DNA of 64,000 bases. Source: Nitrososphaerales archaeon (GTDB lineage: Archaea > Thermoproteota > Nitrososphaeria > Nitrososphaerales > UBA213). Shown one piece after another: positions 1 to 11,070 of the stretch. A program made the position numbers and the translations under genes. The notes beneath the pieces were generated by a model. That model ran no database searches. It was not told where the DNA came from and saw only the letters and a program-made list of their open reading frames with translations. The stretch lies in NCBI GenBank assembly GCA_965197925.1, contig CBDAOC010000020.1, forward strand, positions 960,001-1,024,000, written 5' to 3'. Each line of letters starts with the position of its first letter. The stretch's first letter is position 1.

Positions 1-572
1 AGCTTGGTGTTCTTGCATAGAAGAGGTATTCCTCTCTCATCTGTAATTACTGGAGCAAACAAGCACGATATGAAATCAGCCTTTCCTACAATAGATAGCA
101 TTGTTGTTGATATGCCCAAAGTTAAACAGAACATATGCATGATAGGATACGATTTCCCTGAGATAGAGTATGGAGTATGAAATATGGAGTTAGGAAGGGG
201 ATATGTGGATCACATTCGTCGTAAGGGTGAAGTGTTGAAAAAGAATTTGTACAAAGCAAAGAGATGGGTTGTAGAAAGAACCGCATCTTGGCATAACAGG
301 TTCAGAAAGTTATTGGTAAGGTTCGAGAAGAAGAAGGAAAATTATCAGGCGCTGGTAGAACTTGCTAACTCCCTAATAATATACAGAGCGATATATTGGT
401 AGTGTCATAAACACGTTAATGCAACTGTTTCTAGTATCTACTATCTACAATACTAATAAAATCAATAGTAAGAAAACTAAACCTGATATTATGAACTAAT
501 ATTCTTGCATTCTAAATGTTATCATTTCTACCAATCATTAACTATCAGCTAGAATTTTAGGATAGGCTCTAA
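1..572 (+). mobile_element. IS5-family insertion sequence, 3' part, degenerate
   Basis: Reads GIPLSSVITGANKHDMK...RWVVERTASWHNRFRKLLVRFEKK (IS5 DDE C-terminus), broken by a stop near 178-180. Putative right end TTTTAGGATAGGCTCTAA at 555-572. Confidence 0.8.
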
Positions 573-1103
573 GTGATATGGAGGTATGCTTTTACTAATA
601 GTCAATAAATGAGTTGAACAACTTGTTTAACAAATATACCTATTTCATCAGCTTGGTGTGTCGTTATACTAATAATTCTGATTACTCTTTCAGATCAATT
701 ATTTTACTCCTAATGAAGAAATGCCCTCTACCAAGTCCTGTAAATCCCAACAACTGATCGTTTAGATCGGTTCCCATGTAATGATCTAAGAATGGTTAAC
801 ATCCCTCTTCCTTCCTCTCTTTTAGTTTAAGCAAGGCAACTATAGGAATATTTTAATTGGATGTTTCTGAAATTCTATTAATTGCTGATAGCAGTTAAGG
901 TACATAATTTGCTTTGTCAGAATGAACTAATATGAATAAGAATGAATACGTGGGGTATGAGGAAAGAAAGGGATGGACTATTGACAACAAAAGGGAGAAT
1001 ATACTGGTCTTGATCCAGTTGGATCAATTAGAGTATTTGTTTATCAATGGACTATTGTATGAACAACAGTAAAGTAATACATTATTAGAAACTATAAGAT
1101 TTT

Positions 1104-1862
1104 TTAAAGGAAAGATTTCAGTTTCGTGAGTGATTTCAATGGTTCCCAAACAGATTCTATTACATAAATCCCATTAAAGTTATTCTTCAAAGACTGTATC
1201 AGTTTCATCCAGTCTATGTTGCCTTGTCCAACATTTAGATGAAGGTCTTTGTCACCAGAATTATCAGTCACATGAATTATTAGGAATTTGGAGGCATATT
1301 TTTCGACAAACTCACCTAGCTTATTGGCTACGTTTGCATGTCCGGTATCAAATACAAGATTAATGTCAATATTATTGGCTTTGCTGAATTCTTCGAACTC
1401 CGATGGCGATGCCATGAAACCTTTATCCGGGGTCATGTTTTCAATGCCAATCTTCATTCCTCTCGAATTGCCATAATCTATAATATCTACTAATGACTGG
1501 CAATTTAGTTGCCATAAATCGGAATCTGAGCTAAATGTTTTATTTCCTGGGTGTTGTACATAAGCAAGTGCCTCTATATCGGCAGCAAAGTCGATCGAAG
1601 ACTTTATTTTAGTAATTGCAAGTTTCCTTGATTCATTGGATGGATCAGATATTTTTGAGGCCACATCAAAAGGTCCATGAACCGTGAACTTGATACCATT
1701 GTTCTCTTTTAGCAATGCTGTCGACTGCTCGTTCAGTTCAGTTGTTCTAAAATCAAAAACTTCAGCGACACTCAAATCATTGATATTTGCCTTTATATCA
1801 CTAAGAAATGATTCCATAGATTTATCAAAAAGTGCTGTATACATGCTTGATAGTCCAAGCAT
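1104..1862 (-). CDS. Sugar phosphate isomerase/epimerase (xylose isomerase-like/AP endonuclease 2 TIM barrel)
   Basis: Motifs VHGP, HPG, IENM, FDTGHA, IHVTDN, DLHL, GNIDW, VIE. Confidence 0.85.
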   Translation of the reverse strand: MLGLSSMYTALFDKSMESFLSDIKANINDLSVAEVFDFRTTELNEQSTALLKENNGIKFTVHGPFDVASKISDPSNESRKLAITKIKSSIDFAADIEALAYVQHPGNKTFSSDSDLWQLNCQSLVDIIDYGNSRGMKIGIENMTPDKGFMASPSEFEEFSKANNIDINLVFDTGHANVANKLGEFVEKYASKFLIIHVTDNSGDKDLHLNVGQGNIDWMKLIQSLKNNFNGIYVIESVWEPLKSLTKLKSFL

Positions 1863-2312
1863 ACATAGCCCACCAATCTTACAATTATAAACTTTAATAT
1901 TCTTAATTAAATTGCAATTATTTGAACTCTTAATTCTTTAGTAGCTGTAGAAGTTCCTATTATAAGAAAGGAGTTTCTTTTGAATTATATTCAATACAAA
2001 TCCAATTAACTTACATTCTGCCTGCACGGTTTTGTTTACTGTTATTTAGCTCATATTGTTTTGAGACAGGAACATCATTATCCTTGTCTTCTCAAATATT
2101 CTTATCCACTAACCTCTTCTTCTATACAACATATGTTCTAATAGATCTACATGGCATTTTTCCAAACTTTAGCATGATGAAACATATAGTTCTGTGGGTT
2201 CACCTTGACCATGCAAGAAGTTCATCCATCTTACATATGTTAACTATTTGTAATAAAATATCTAATTCATGAATTACGCCATGATTACCAAATGATTCCT
2301 TTTATTACTGGT

Positions 2313-3278
2313 TTAGTTACAAGTTATACCCTGATTGACAAGTATTGAATAGCAACCAAGCCCACAATCTTCACAAATTGGCTTCAGTGCTTCGCTATCT
2401 GCACTTCCTATACAACAGGGCCTTTTTATTCTGCCCATGTGATCTAGCGAGAGTATAGCCCATGTAGGACATTGAACGGGTGTTGTACCAACCCCTCCCC
2501 AGTTACCTTTCATCAATGATAGTTGTCTATCATCATTAATGACAAAATCTGGGTATTTTCTATGCAATTTAATAATTTTATCAACCACTTCACTGCGTTT
2601 TTCTCCATATGCCAACCATAGAGGATCACTCTTGATAAATGGAGTATGAAATTGGAATGCTATCTTGTTGACTTTTCCTCTCCATTCTTCAATCAAATCC
2701 TCTACTGTAGTATAATTCAGTGCATTGATTGTGGTAGAAATCCAAATGTCTTTCCAAGCAGGCTTCCCATGACGTTCAGGTCCTTCTATATAATCAAGTA
2801 TATTCTTCCTTGTTTTTGCATAGGAGCCCGCTTCTCGAATGCTGTCATGTATTTGTTCTGTGTCATCTAAAGATACCTAGTAAAAATACAGATTTTTAAA
2901 TCTCTTTAATGGGAAAGTTCCGTTTGTAACTACACAAACTCGTTTAGGCATTTCCTCACAAAAAACTTCAATTACATCAGGCCGCATTGTTGGTTCTCCA
3001 CCTACAAGAGTAACAAAGAAAATTTTCTGTTTTTTGAAGGTCTTTCTAATGACTTCCCTCCACTGATCTGCAGATAATTCTTCTTCATCCTTTCTGTTCA
3101 ACCACCAGTAACAATGGGTACAGTGTAAATTACAGACATTAATAATGTCAACAGAACCAAATATTGGTGGCTTCGCATTAAAAAGCTTGATGCTTGCGTA
3201 CTTTGTGAATAGGTTAACATAATTTGGCATTTCACGAATGAGATCGGTTATTCCACGACCATATATTAAATCGGTCAT
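2313..3278 (-). pseudogene. Radical SAM protein interrupted by one in-frame TAG (2877-2879)
   Basis: CNLHCTHC and GGEPT motifs. The frame continues past the stop (VSLDDTEQIHDSIREAGSY...) directly into ORF 2313-2696, which has a Cys-rich C-terminus. Confidence 0.85.
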
Positions 3279-3677
3279 AATTTAATACTACAGATTGGAT
3301 AAATAAATGTAAATTCTTTTTACTTTTTTTAAAGGATATAATATTATTAATTGATCAATCGGGTCTTGGTGTGAATATTTTCTTTCAAACCTATTTGATG
3401 GATAACAATACAGACATTCTTCATTTGGAAGAATTTTTCAAAAAAAGGCGAGTAGGACAATATACCGGTAAATATTTTCTATATTTCATTTTCTATATTT
3501 CATTCTTTTGTATGGGTTAATTTTTATATTTTTCATCCAGTGAAGGATCCGATTAGTTAGTCCCTAATCTTAGATTCATTCCTGAAAGAAGTTCACCTAG
3601 AATTGCTTCAATGATATCTTATACGACTTGCAAATGTTGCAAAAACATATATGCCACCAATTGGCCGATGACTGAAA

Positions 3678-5726
3678 ATGGCTATACTGGATACGGGGTT
3701 TACTATTACATTTATTGCAGCTATAACATCTCTTGTGCTCGCTGGTGTAATGGCAGTATGGATTGGGAAACAAAATAGTGGCACCCAAAAGATGTTGGAA
3801 CTCAGCAGAGCAGTCAGGGAAGGTGCGGCCGCATTTTTAAGACGTGAATTTAAAATTATAATACCTATAGCAGTAGTTTTGGCAATTTTAATTTCTATTC
3901 CTTCTGGCATCTCAAACGGAGTTGCATTTGCGGTTGGAGCAGCGTTATCAGGAATTGCTGGTTTGATAGCAATGAAGATAACAGTAAAGGCTGCTGTACG
4001 AACTGCACAAGCTACAACGAAGAATCTTGGGCAAACTCTAGTTACCGCCTTTAGGGGAGGTGCGGCGGTAGGTCTTTCTATACCAGCCATGGCATTGATA
4101 GGAGTTGCTGGACTGTATTTGATCTACCCTGAGCCAATAACCATTGCTGGTGTAGGTATAGGGGCTAGTTTGATTGCTTTGTTCATTAGAGCAGGAGGAG
4201 GAATCTTCACAAAGGGCGCTGATTCAGCTGCGGACCTTGTCGGAAAGGTGGAAGCTCATATACCAGAGGATGATCCTAGAAACCCTGCTACCATAGCAGA
4301 TAATGTTGGTGATAATGTAGGTGATGCTGCTGGAATGGGTTCCGATATCTACGAATCATACATCGTAACCCTTCTTGCAGGGATGCTTTTGGGGTTTTTG
4401 ATTGTTTCAGAGGTGATAGACAAAACCGAGTTTGTACTTTTTCCAATTGTAGTTGGTGCCGCAGGAATGATTGGCTCGATAATTGGTGTCCTAACTGTTA
4501 CTCCAAGGAAAGTGAGCGATGCAATGAAGCCGCTTAATGTAGCCTTTATAGTTGCTGCAGTGGTTGCAATAGTTCTCAACTTTATCTTTGCAAGATTGAT
4601 TTTGGGAGATACTCCATTAACCTATGGTCTCTTTGCAGCCACCGTGTTGGGTGTTATACTTGTTCCAGTAATTCAACGTATAACTGACTACTATACAAGC
4701 TTCAAGTACCCACCAGTCAAAGAGATTGGTGAGGCAACAAAGTGGGGATATTCGGCAAATATACTTGCTGGAATAGTCACTGGCATGAGGTCAAATACGG
4801 CATTCATGCTCGCCATTGTGGTAACACTTGCAATTTCATATGCGATTACATTCACAATATCAGGTGATCCTTTGGTTGGTATCTATGGTACGGCTATAGC
4901 AGCGATGGGAATGCTCAGTTTAGCTGGCATTGTGCTAAGTATTGACGCATTTGGACCGATAAGCGATAACGCAGGAGGAATAGTTGAGATGACAAGTATG
5001 GGTGAGGAAAATAGAAAGATCACTGACGAGATAGATGCAGTTGGTAATACTACCAAAGCAGTTACCAAGGGCTTTGCGATAGCAAGCGCTGGATTGGCAG
5101 CACTGGCTATGATACAGGCATTCCAACACGAAGCAGCCCAGATCTTTGTTCACAAGACACTTGGATTCAGCTTGTCAGATCCAAACGTTATAATCGGTCT
5201 GCTCGTTGGCGGTTTATTACCATTCTTGATAGCAAGCCAGCTGATCTCTAGCGTTAGTAAGGTTGCAAATAAACTAGTTGACGAAATAAGGAGACAGTTC
5301 AAGGAAATTCCAGGCATACTTGAGGGAACAGGGAAGCCTGATTATGCTACTTGCGTCGATATAGCAACCGGTGCGAGTATAAAACAGCTCTTCAAACCCG
5401 CAATAATAACGGTAACAACGCCGATTATTATGGGTGTGGTTTTGGGACCCACTGCAGTCGCTGGACTATTGATGGGCGCTGTAATTACTGGTATATTCCT
5501 TGCGTATCACATGGCTAATAGTGGTGGTGCAATGGATAATGCCAAAAAGTACATTGAGATAAAGGGAAGAAAGGCAAGTGAGGAACATGACATAGCAGTA
5601 GTTGGAGACTTGGTAGGAGATCCTTACAAAGATACTGCTGGTCCGGCACTAAATACAGTAATAAAGTTACTGAACACTGTGGCAATAGTATTTGTTCCGA
5701 TCTTCTTCGGATTTGCTGGAATTTAA
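3678..5726 (+). CDS. hppA: Membrane-bound proton-translocating pyrophosphatase, probably K+-independent
   Basis: GGGIFTKGADSAADLVGKVE, EDDPRNPATIADNVGDNVGD, GNTTKA, GDPYKDTAGP. Confidence 0.95.
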   Translation: MAILDTGFTITFIAAITSLVLAGVMAVWIGKQNSGTQKMLELSRAVREGAAAFLRREFKIIIPIAVVLAILISIPSGISNGVAFAVGAALSGIAGLIAMKITVKAAVRTAQATTKNLGQTLVTAFRGGAAVGLSIPAMALIGVAGLYLIYPEPITIAGVGIGASLIALFIRAGGGIFTKGADSAADLVGKVEAHIPEDDPRNPATIADNVGDNVGDAAGMGSDIYESYIVTLLAGMLLGFLIVSEVIDKTEFVLFPIVVGAAGMIGSIIGVLTVTPRKVSDAMKPLNVAFIVAAVVAIVLNFIFARLILGDTPLTYGLFAATVLGVILVPVIQRITDYYTSFKYPPVKEIGEATKWGYSANILAGIVTGMRSNTAFMLAIVVTLAISYAITFTISGDPLVGIYGTAIAAMGMLSLAGIVLSIDAFGPISDNAGGIVEMTSMGEENRKITDEIDAVGNTTKAVTKGFAIASAGLAALAMIQAFQHEAAQIFVHKTLGFSLSDPNVIIGLLVGGLLPFLIASQLISSVSKVANKLVDEIRRQFKEIPGILEGTGKPDYATCVDIATGASIKQLFKPAIITVTTPIIMGVVLGPTAVAGLLMGAVITGIFLAYHMANSGGAMDNAKKYIEIKGRKASEEHDIAVVGDLVGDPYKDTAGPALNTVIKLLNTVAIVFVPIFFGFAGI

Positions 5727-6076
5727 TTTCTTACCATATTTTATTGTCCTGGTCTAATATCTATGATGTCAAAAGGGAAGGTTCGTGTGATGAAATATAA
5801 TTAATTGCTAACCGGTTAGAATAAACTTAGGTCATTTTTTTTCAAACCTTGGTATAAATGCTAGGTATTATTCAACCCGCAAAGTTGTTCTATCCAGGAA
5901 TACCAAATACGTTATCTGGTATTACATGGAAAACAATTTTAGGGATTCGCAAGATCTGCTCATCTGGGAAACATCTCATAGAATATATTGATCCGATTGA
6001 GATTACTCGAGAAATATTCAATTTTACAAGCCAGCAATGGCCAAAATGTTTAATTACTCTTAACACCCTACACTTG

Positions 6077-8305
6077 ATGACCATGACGAAGTCCACGGGA
6101 AGAAGTAATAGTTTTAAGATTACAGTTGCGGCAGGAGTTGCCGTCGTAATAGTACTTGGGGTATTATTCTTTGCTTATTATGATTCGTTGGAACCTGAAT
6201 ACGTACCACCACCAACACCACCGACACAAACCGGAGAACTACCCTCGGGAAGCGAAGATATAGGAGGACCAACAACAACTGGTAGAGATTTGAGCCCTGA
6301 AGAACAGGCTAAGATAGATGCAGTAATGAAAATAACAAAGACAGAATTTGCTACATTTAGGTTTCTGTCTGGAGGACCAGCAGATCCAGTTTGGAATAGT
6401 ATTTCCGAACAGATGAGACTAATGATGAAAGGTAAGGTCGAAGGAGTACAAGGTGTACCAGGAGCAGGCGTTGATTCAATGCCAGGTACTGGAGTTATTA
6501 ATATACAAAAGATAACTGAGGAAGTGAGAGAGGCAGAATGTGGGTTTACATACTCTTTCTTGGCAAAGGCTGCAATGATGGGAGAAGATCCGTTCAAGAA
6601 GAGACATACATCCATACAAGGTGTGGCTAATTTGTATGAACAAGGATTACACTTCATAGTTAGGGCGGATTCGCCACTGGAAACAGTAGGCGATATTAAG
6701 GGCAAGGATATCAAACTAGCAACCTCACTATCAGGAGAGATTGATAATATGGTGACAAAATGGGTACTAGGAGAATATGGTATATCATTTAGTGACATGG
6801 AATCTGCTAGTGTTAGCGTCGAACAATTTTACTTTGACTTAGGCCTCATGAATCTTCAAGATGGGACCATTGATGCAGCATCTTACTTTATACCAGTAGG
6901 AAGTAAAGAACTAACTGCATTCTTAAAAGAAAATACAGGCTATAAGATACTACGTGTAGAAGGAGATGTCCTGCAGAGCTTAGAGGAAAAGAAGCATCTA
7001 TCAGCGATTGTTATACCAGCTGGTACGTACAAAGGTATGAATGATAATATACGTACTATAGGTTCTAATTCAATATTTGTATGCACAACGGCCTTGTCTA
7101 ATGATGCAGTAGGAAAGGTATCATCATTGCTTATTGATAATTTGGATCATCTTGCAAAGGATAGACCAGAGGTAGCTATGCTAAAGCCCCAGAAGGCGTG
7201 GATGGGTGTTGGAATTGAAATGCATCCTGGCGCGGAGATATACTACATGGATGATTGTATGACTGCGGAAGGAGATCCTTGTATGGTAAAGGATGTTGAA
7301 ACAGTAGCTCCAGGACAAGATGACAGGGATTTGAGCCCTGAAGAACAGGCTAAGATAGATGCAGTAATGAAAATAACAAAGACAGAATTTGCTACATTTA
7401 GGTTTCTGTCTGGAGGACCAGCAGATCCAGTTTGGAATAGTATTTCCGAACAGATGAGACTAATGATGAAAGGTAAGGTCGAAGGAGTACAAGGTGTACC
7501 AGGAGCAGGCGTTGATTCAATGCCAGGTACTGGAGTTATTAATATACAAAAGATAACTGAGGAAGTGAGAGAGGCAGAATGTGGGTTTACCTTTACTTTC
7601 TTGGCAAAGGCGGCAATGAAGGGAAGTGACCCATTTAAGGAAAAGAGGACAACCATAGAAGGAGTGGCTAATTTGTATGAACAAGGATTACACTTCATAG
7701 TTAGGGCGGATTCGCCACTGGAAACAGTAGGCGATATTAAGGGCAAGGATATCAAACTAGCAACCTCACTATCAGGAGAAATTGATAACATGTTGACACA
7801 GTGGGTACTAGGAGAATATGGTATATCGTATAGTGACATTGAATCTGCTGGTGGTAGCGTAGAACACTCATATCTAGACTTAGGCCTCATGAATCTTCAA
7901 GATGGGACCATTGATGCAGCATCTTACTTTGTCTCCGTAGGCAATAAAGAACTAAAGGCATTCCTAGAGGATAACATGGACTTTAAGCTGTTATCGGTGG
8001 ATGAAAATGTGATAAAGGGCTTGGGGTCAAAGGATCTTATGGATGTAAATATAACATCCGGTACATACGCTGGCATTGATGAAGATGTAACCACGGTAGG
8101 GTCAAATACGATATTCATATGCACAACGGATTTATCTATTGGTGCAGTACAAAAGGTATCATCGCTGCTGTTAGATAACTTGGATCACCTAGCCAAGGAT
8201 AGACCAGAGGTGGCTGCTCTAACTTTAGAGGAAGCAGTGATGGGTATAGGAATATCATTGCATCCTGGTGCCGAAGTTTATTACCAGAGTGTAGACATAC
8301 TTTAG
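6077..8305 (+). CDS. Membrane-anchored TAXI-family (TRAP) solute-binding protein with two tandem domains
   Basis: N-terminal TM and Pro-rich linker, then two copies of LYEQGLHFIVRADS...DGTIDAA...(P/S)GTY...HPGAE. Start moved from 5858 to the ATG just before the TM segment. Confidence 0.8.
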   Translation: MTMTKSTGRSNSFKITVAAGVAVVIVLGVLFFAYYDSLEPEYVPPPTPPTQTGELPSGSEDIGGPTTTGRDLSPEEQAKIDAVMKITKTEFATFRFLSGGPADPVWNSISEQMRLMMKGKVEGVQGVPGAGVDSMPGTGVINIQKITEEVREAECGFTYSFLAKAAMMGEDPFKKRHTSIQGVANLYEQGLHFIVRADSPLETVGDIKGKDIKLATSLSGEIDNMVTKWVLGEYGISFSDMESASVSVEQFYFDLGLMNLQDGTIDAASYFIPVGSKELTAFLKENTGYKILRVEGDVLQSLEEKKHLSAIVIPAGTYKGMNDNIRTIGSNSIFVCTTALSNDAVGKVSSLLIDNLDHLAKDRPEVAMLKPQKAWMGVGIEMHPGAEIYYMDDCMTAEGDPCMVKDVETVAPGQDDRDLSPEEQAKIDAVMKITKTEFATFRFLSGGPADPVWNSISEQMRLMMKGKVEGVQGVPGAGVDSMPGTGVINIQKITEEVREAECGFTFTFLAKAAMKGSDPFKEKRTTIEGVANLYEQGLHFIVRADSPLETVGDIKGKDIKLATSLSGEIDNMLTQWVLGEYGISYSDIESAGGSVEHSYLDLGLMNLQDGTIDAASYFVSVGNKELKAFLEDNMDFKLLSVDENVIKGLGSKDLMDVNITSGTYAGIDEDVTTVGSNTIFICTTDLSIGAVQKVSSLLLDNLDHLAKDRPEVAALTLEEAVMGIGISLHPGAEVYYQSVDIL
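6287..7779 (+). repeat. Intragenic direct repeat, period 1041 bp
   Basis: 6287-6549 is identical to 7328-7590; a second identical block lies at about 6624-6738 / 7665-7779. Confidence 0.95.
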
Positions 8306-8815
8306 ATAACAATGAACTACCGACCTGATAGCATAGATAAAGGCGGCAGGGACTGGTAAAAATAGATAGTTTTAGGCTTTTAGGCTTTTGTTATTATAAT
8401 ATTTCGTAGTTTAGCAATAATTAATTTACTATCCAATACAATTTTTGGAGTAGGGATAGAAATCTCCCTGAATAAGAACAAATTAAAAATAAAAAAGGAT
8501 GACAATTGATACCTATCTACAGAGAACAATTTTACAGAGAATAATATTGAGATACAGGAAAATGGAATACAATTATGATAGAGGATAGTAATGAGTTATC
8601 AAACATCATTATTAGATCTTGTATCTAGTAAATGATTTCTAATAATATTGACTGCAGCTAAAAGTTATTGGGATGATAAGGAGGCAATCTATGCCAAAAT
8701 ATGGTACAAATTTAGGTATCAAGAAATTGATAAATGGTAATAAACCATAATCGATGCTAGTGTAATTATACTGAGTAGATTTTAATACTTGATCTGCTTA
8801 ATTTATTTGGGTATC

Positions 8816-9376
8816 ATGAACAAGAAGATACTTCTTGTATCTTTGATTAGCACAATAATAATAGGCCTTGTAATAGTATTAGTTCAGGTTCAGATCAGCA
8901 CCTTACATGGAGAATTAAATTCTACAGAATCGGAAAAGGGTCACAACATAATGGAAGAGATTATCCCGGAGCAGGTCTCCTACAGGTTCGAACCACAGTC
9001 CAAGACTATGAAAGAATGTGACTTCAGCAAATCTTTCTGTTCCAGCGTGAGATCCATAAAGTTTGATCCATCAGGCTCGCAAGTGGTGGAATTGCTAATG
9101 GATCTCCTTTTCATATTTGGAAGGTCTGTATCATTTGGAGAAGGTGAATTCTTTTCTCCTGCTGGTACTGCTGTAGACAGCAACGACAGAATAATAGTAG
9201 CCGATACAGGTAATAACCGCATTCAGGTATTCGACAGCACTGGCACCTTCCAATTCGCCTTTGGTACCTTTAATGGGGGTGGTCAGCTTGCTTATCCAGA
9301 GGATGTTGCAGTAGATAAGAATGACAGAATAATTGTGGCTGACACATTTAATAATCATATACAGATATTCGGATAA
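8816..9376 (+). CDS. Membrane-anchored protein with two NHL repeats (probably a truncated beta-propeller)
   Basis: N-terminal TM; FSPAGTAVDSNDRIIVADTGNNRIQVF and YPEDVAVDKNDRIIVADTFNNHIQIF. Confidence 0.75.
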   Translation: MNKKILLVSLISTIIIGLVIVLVQVQISTLHGELNSTESEKGHNIMEEIIPEQVSYRFEPQSKTMKECDFSKSFCSSVRSIKFDPSGSQVVELLMDLLFIFGRSVSFGEGEFFSPAGTAVDSNDRIIVADTGNNRIQVFDSTGTFQFAFGTFNGGGQLAYPEDVAVDKNDRIIVADTFNNHIQIFG

Positions 9377-9414
9377 TCAATGGTCTTTAGATTTTATATA
9401 TACAAGCTCTGATC

Positions 9415-10503
9415 TGTTCGTTTCGATTCAGGCTACAGATTTGTCTAATTACGCAATAGGTTGTCTAATTACGCAATAGGTTGTCTAATTACGCAATAGG
9501 TCTAATATATGACGCACATACGATTACAAAGCCTTACTTTGTTTTATTCATCTCCTTCTTGAAGGAATCTCCACAGTACGAACAGCAAAATGCGTATTCT
9601 TTTCTACCTATCTTTTCTTTTCCATATGACCACCTCTATACATCTTACATCTACAATGGGCGCAGATTGTCAATTTCGGTTCGATGGCCACATGGAGCAA
9701 ATCACCAGATCTATGAGTGCAATGAAACTGCAAGTCATCTTAACTCAACTCAATTTTTCCAGCTGATTTCATTTAAACTGGTAATTCTCCAGAAATACGA
9801 ATATGTTCTACGATGTATCTGAAAATAGACTTCCAAATCGATGTATTACATGATTAGCCTAGATTATATCCTTGACCTAATTCCAAATAACTCATGTTAC
9901 TATGGAGTTAACATATTTTAAATCAGCCGAGTTAATCTCTACGAATTTTAATCCGATAGTAGCATAAGATACCATGAAGTCTGGTTCTGACGATGTCTAT
10001 GGTAATAGGTTACTGGTACATGGTAACATGTATTAAAATCATTGCGCACCTTTTTTGAGGAAGAGGATATTCCCCTGTCACTTTTTGTATTATTATTTGG
10101 TTCGAATAAACTCACTTTTCCACGTTGTAGCTTCACTAAAATGAAGCGTCTAATCCAAGACAATTCGTTAAAGCCTTCCTAGATTCTCTCTAATGTCATT
10201 AATAATCCCTAAATGACATAATATCACGGTAGTTTGACGTAATATAGTGTCACTAATGCCACTACTAACGTATTCAAAGAAATACCGTAATCTTATCCAC
10301 TAATAACGTAAACTGACCCGAATTAAGTATTGCAATGTCTGTTTCATCCAGCGGAAATGATTTGTCTGTATTTCAAATGAACATTATATATGTTGTACCT
10401 TACATTTGTAAATTGCACACTTTATCTGAACAATAGACCTATTGCGTAATTAGACAACCTATTGCGTAATTAGACAAATCTGTAGCCTGAATCGAAACGA
10501 ACA
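9415..10503. mobile_element. Non-autonomous mini-transposon with TGT...ACA termini, long terminal inverted repeats and GATC flanks
   Basis: Left end TGTTCGTTTCGATTCAGGCTACAGAT + 3x TTGTCTAATTACGCAATAGG + TCTA (9415-9504). Right end is the exact reverse complement with 2 units (10434-10503). GATC lies on both sides. Confidence 0.8.
9533..9691 (-). pseudogene. Frameshifted small TRASH/YHS-like metal-binding protein inside the mini-transposon
   Basis: (M)AIEPKLTICAHCRCKMYRGGHMEK / KIGRKEYAFCCSYCGDSFKKEMNKTK*: a CxxC...CCxxC pattern split at GAAAAGAAAAG. Coordinates approximate. Confidence 0.55.
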
Positions 10504-11070
10504 GATCTACATGCTTAAGAGAACTATTGTTATTCATATCTCATGTGATAGTTGCTGTGAAATAATAGCATGATAGAGAGTTTATCATGGGATTATCTGG
10601 GTCTGATTGTTACTATATCATTTTATTGTTACTATATCATTTTTCGATGTAGGAACTGTGTTATTGTTGTTCCTTGGTCATTTTGAGGAATTTGCAAATA
10701 TAGTGATGATATTCATTTGATTTGGGTTCTACATGGGTGATTCCCTTACGATAATATACCTATAATCATAGCTTATTCCGATTTGCTGAATATTTTTTCT
10801 TGGCAATAAGATAGTCAGAGCCAAAGATCGCTATCCAACCTACAAAATATGAAACTTGGGGTATCGCTAATTCGTACTGATTAAGAATTTATTTAATGCG
10901 CTTTTCTGATAAGTCCTGACGGCTTATCACTACCTAAATCAAATCCAATGCTAGCACAATGAGCTTGTGTTAATCAAAGGAGAGTTTGGTGCTTTCTTAA
11001 AGTTGTAGAATATTGCATTTACACTAATTTCTGGAACATTGCATCTTCCAAGATTTAAGGTCTCGATTAT

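Noticed and set aside
2877..2879. Pyrrolysine readthrough of the TAG
   Set aside because: The position is best explained as Trp TGG>TAG, and no pyl genes are in the window.
9441..9500. Three 20-bp repeats as a CRISPR array
   Set aside because: The units abut with no spacers and are mirrored in inverted orientation 1 kb away; no cas genes are present.
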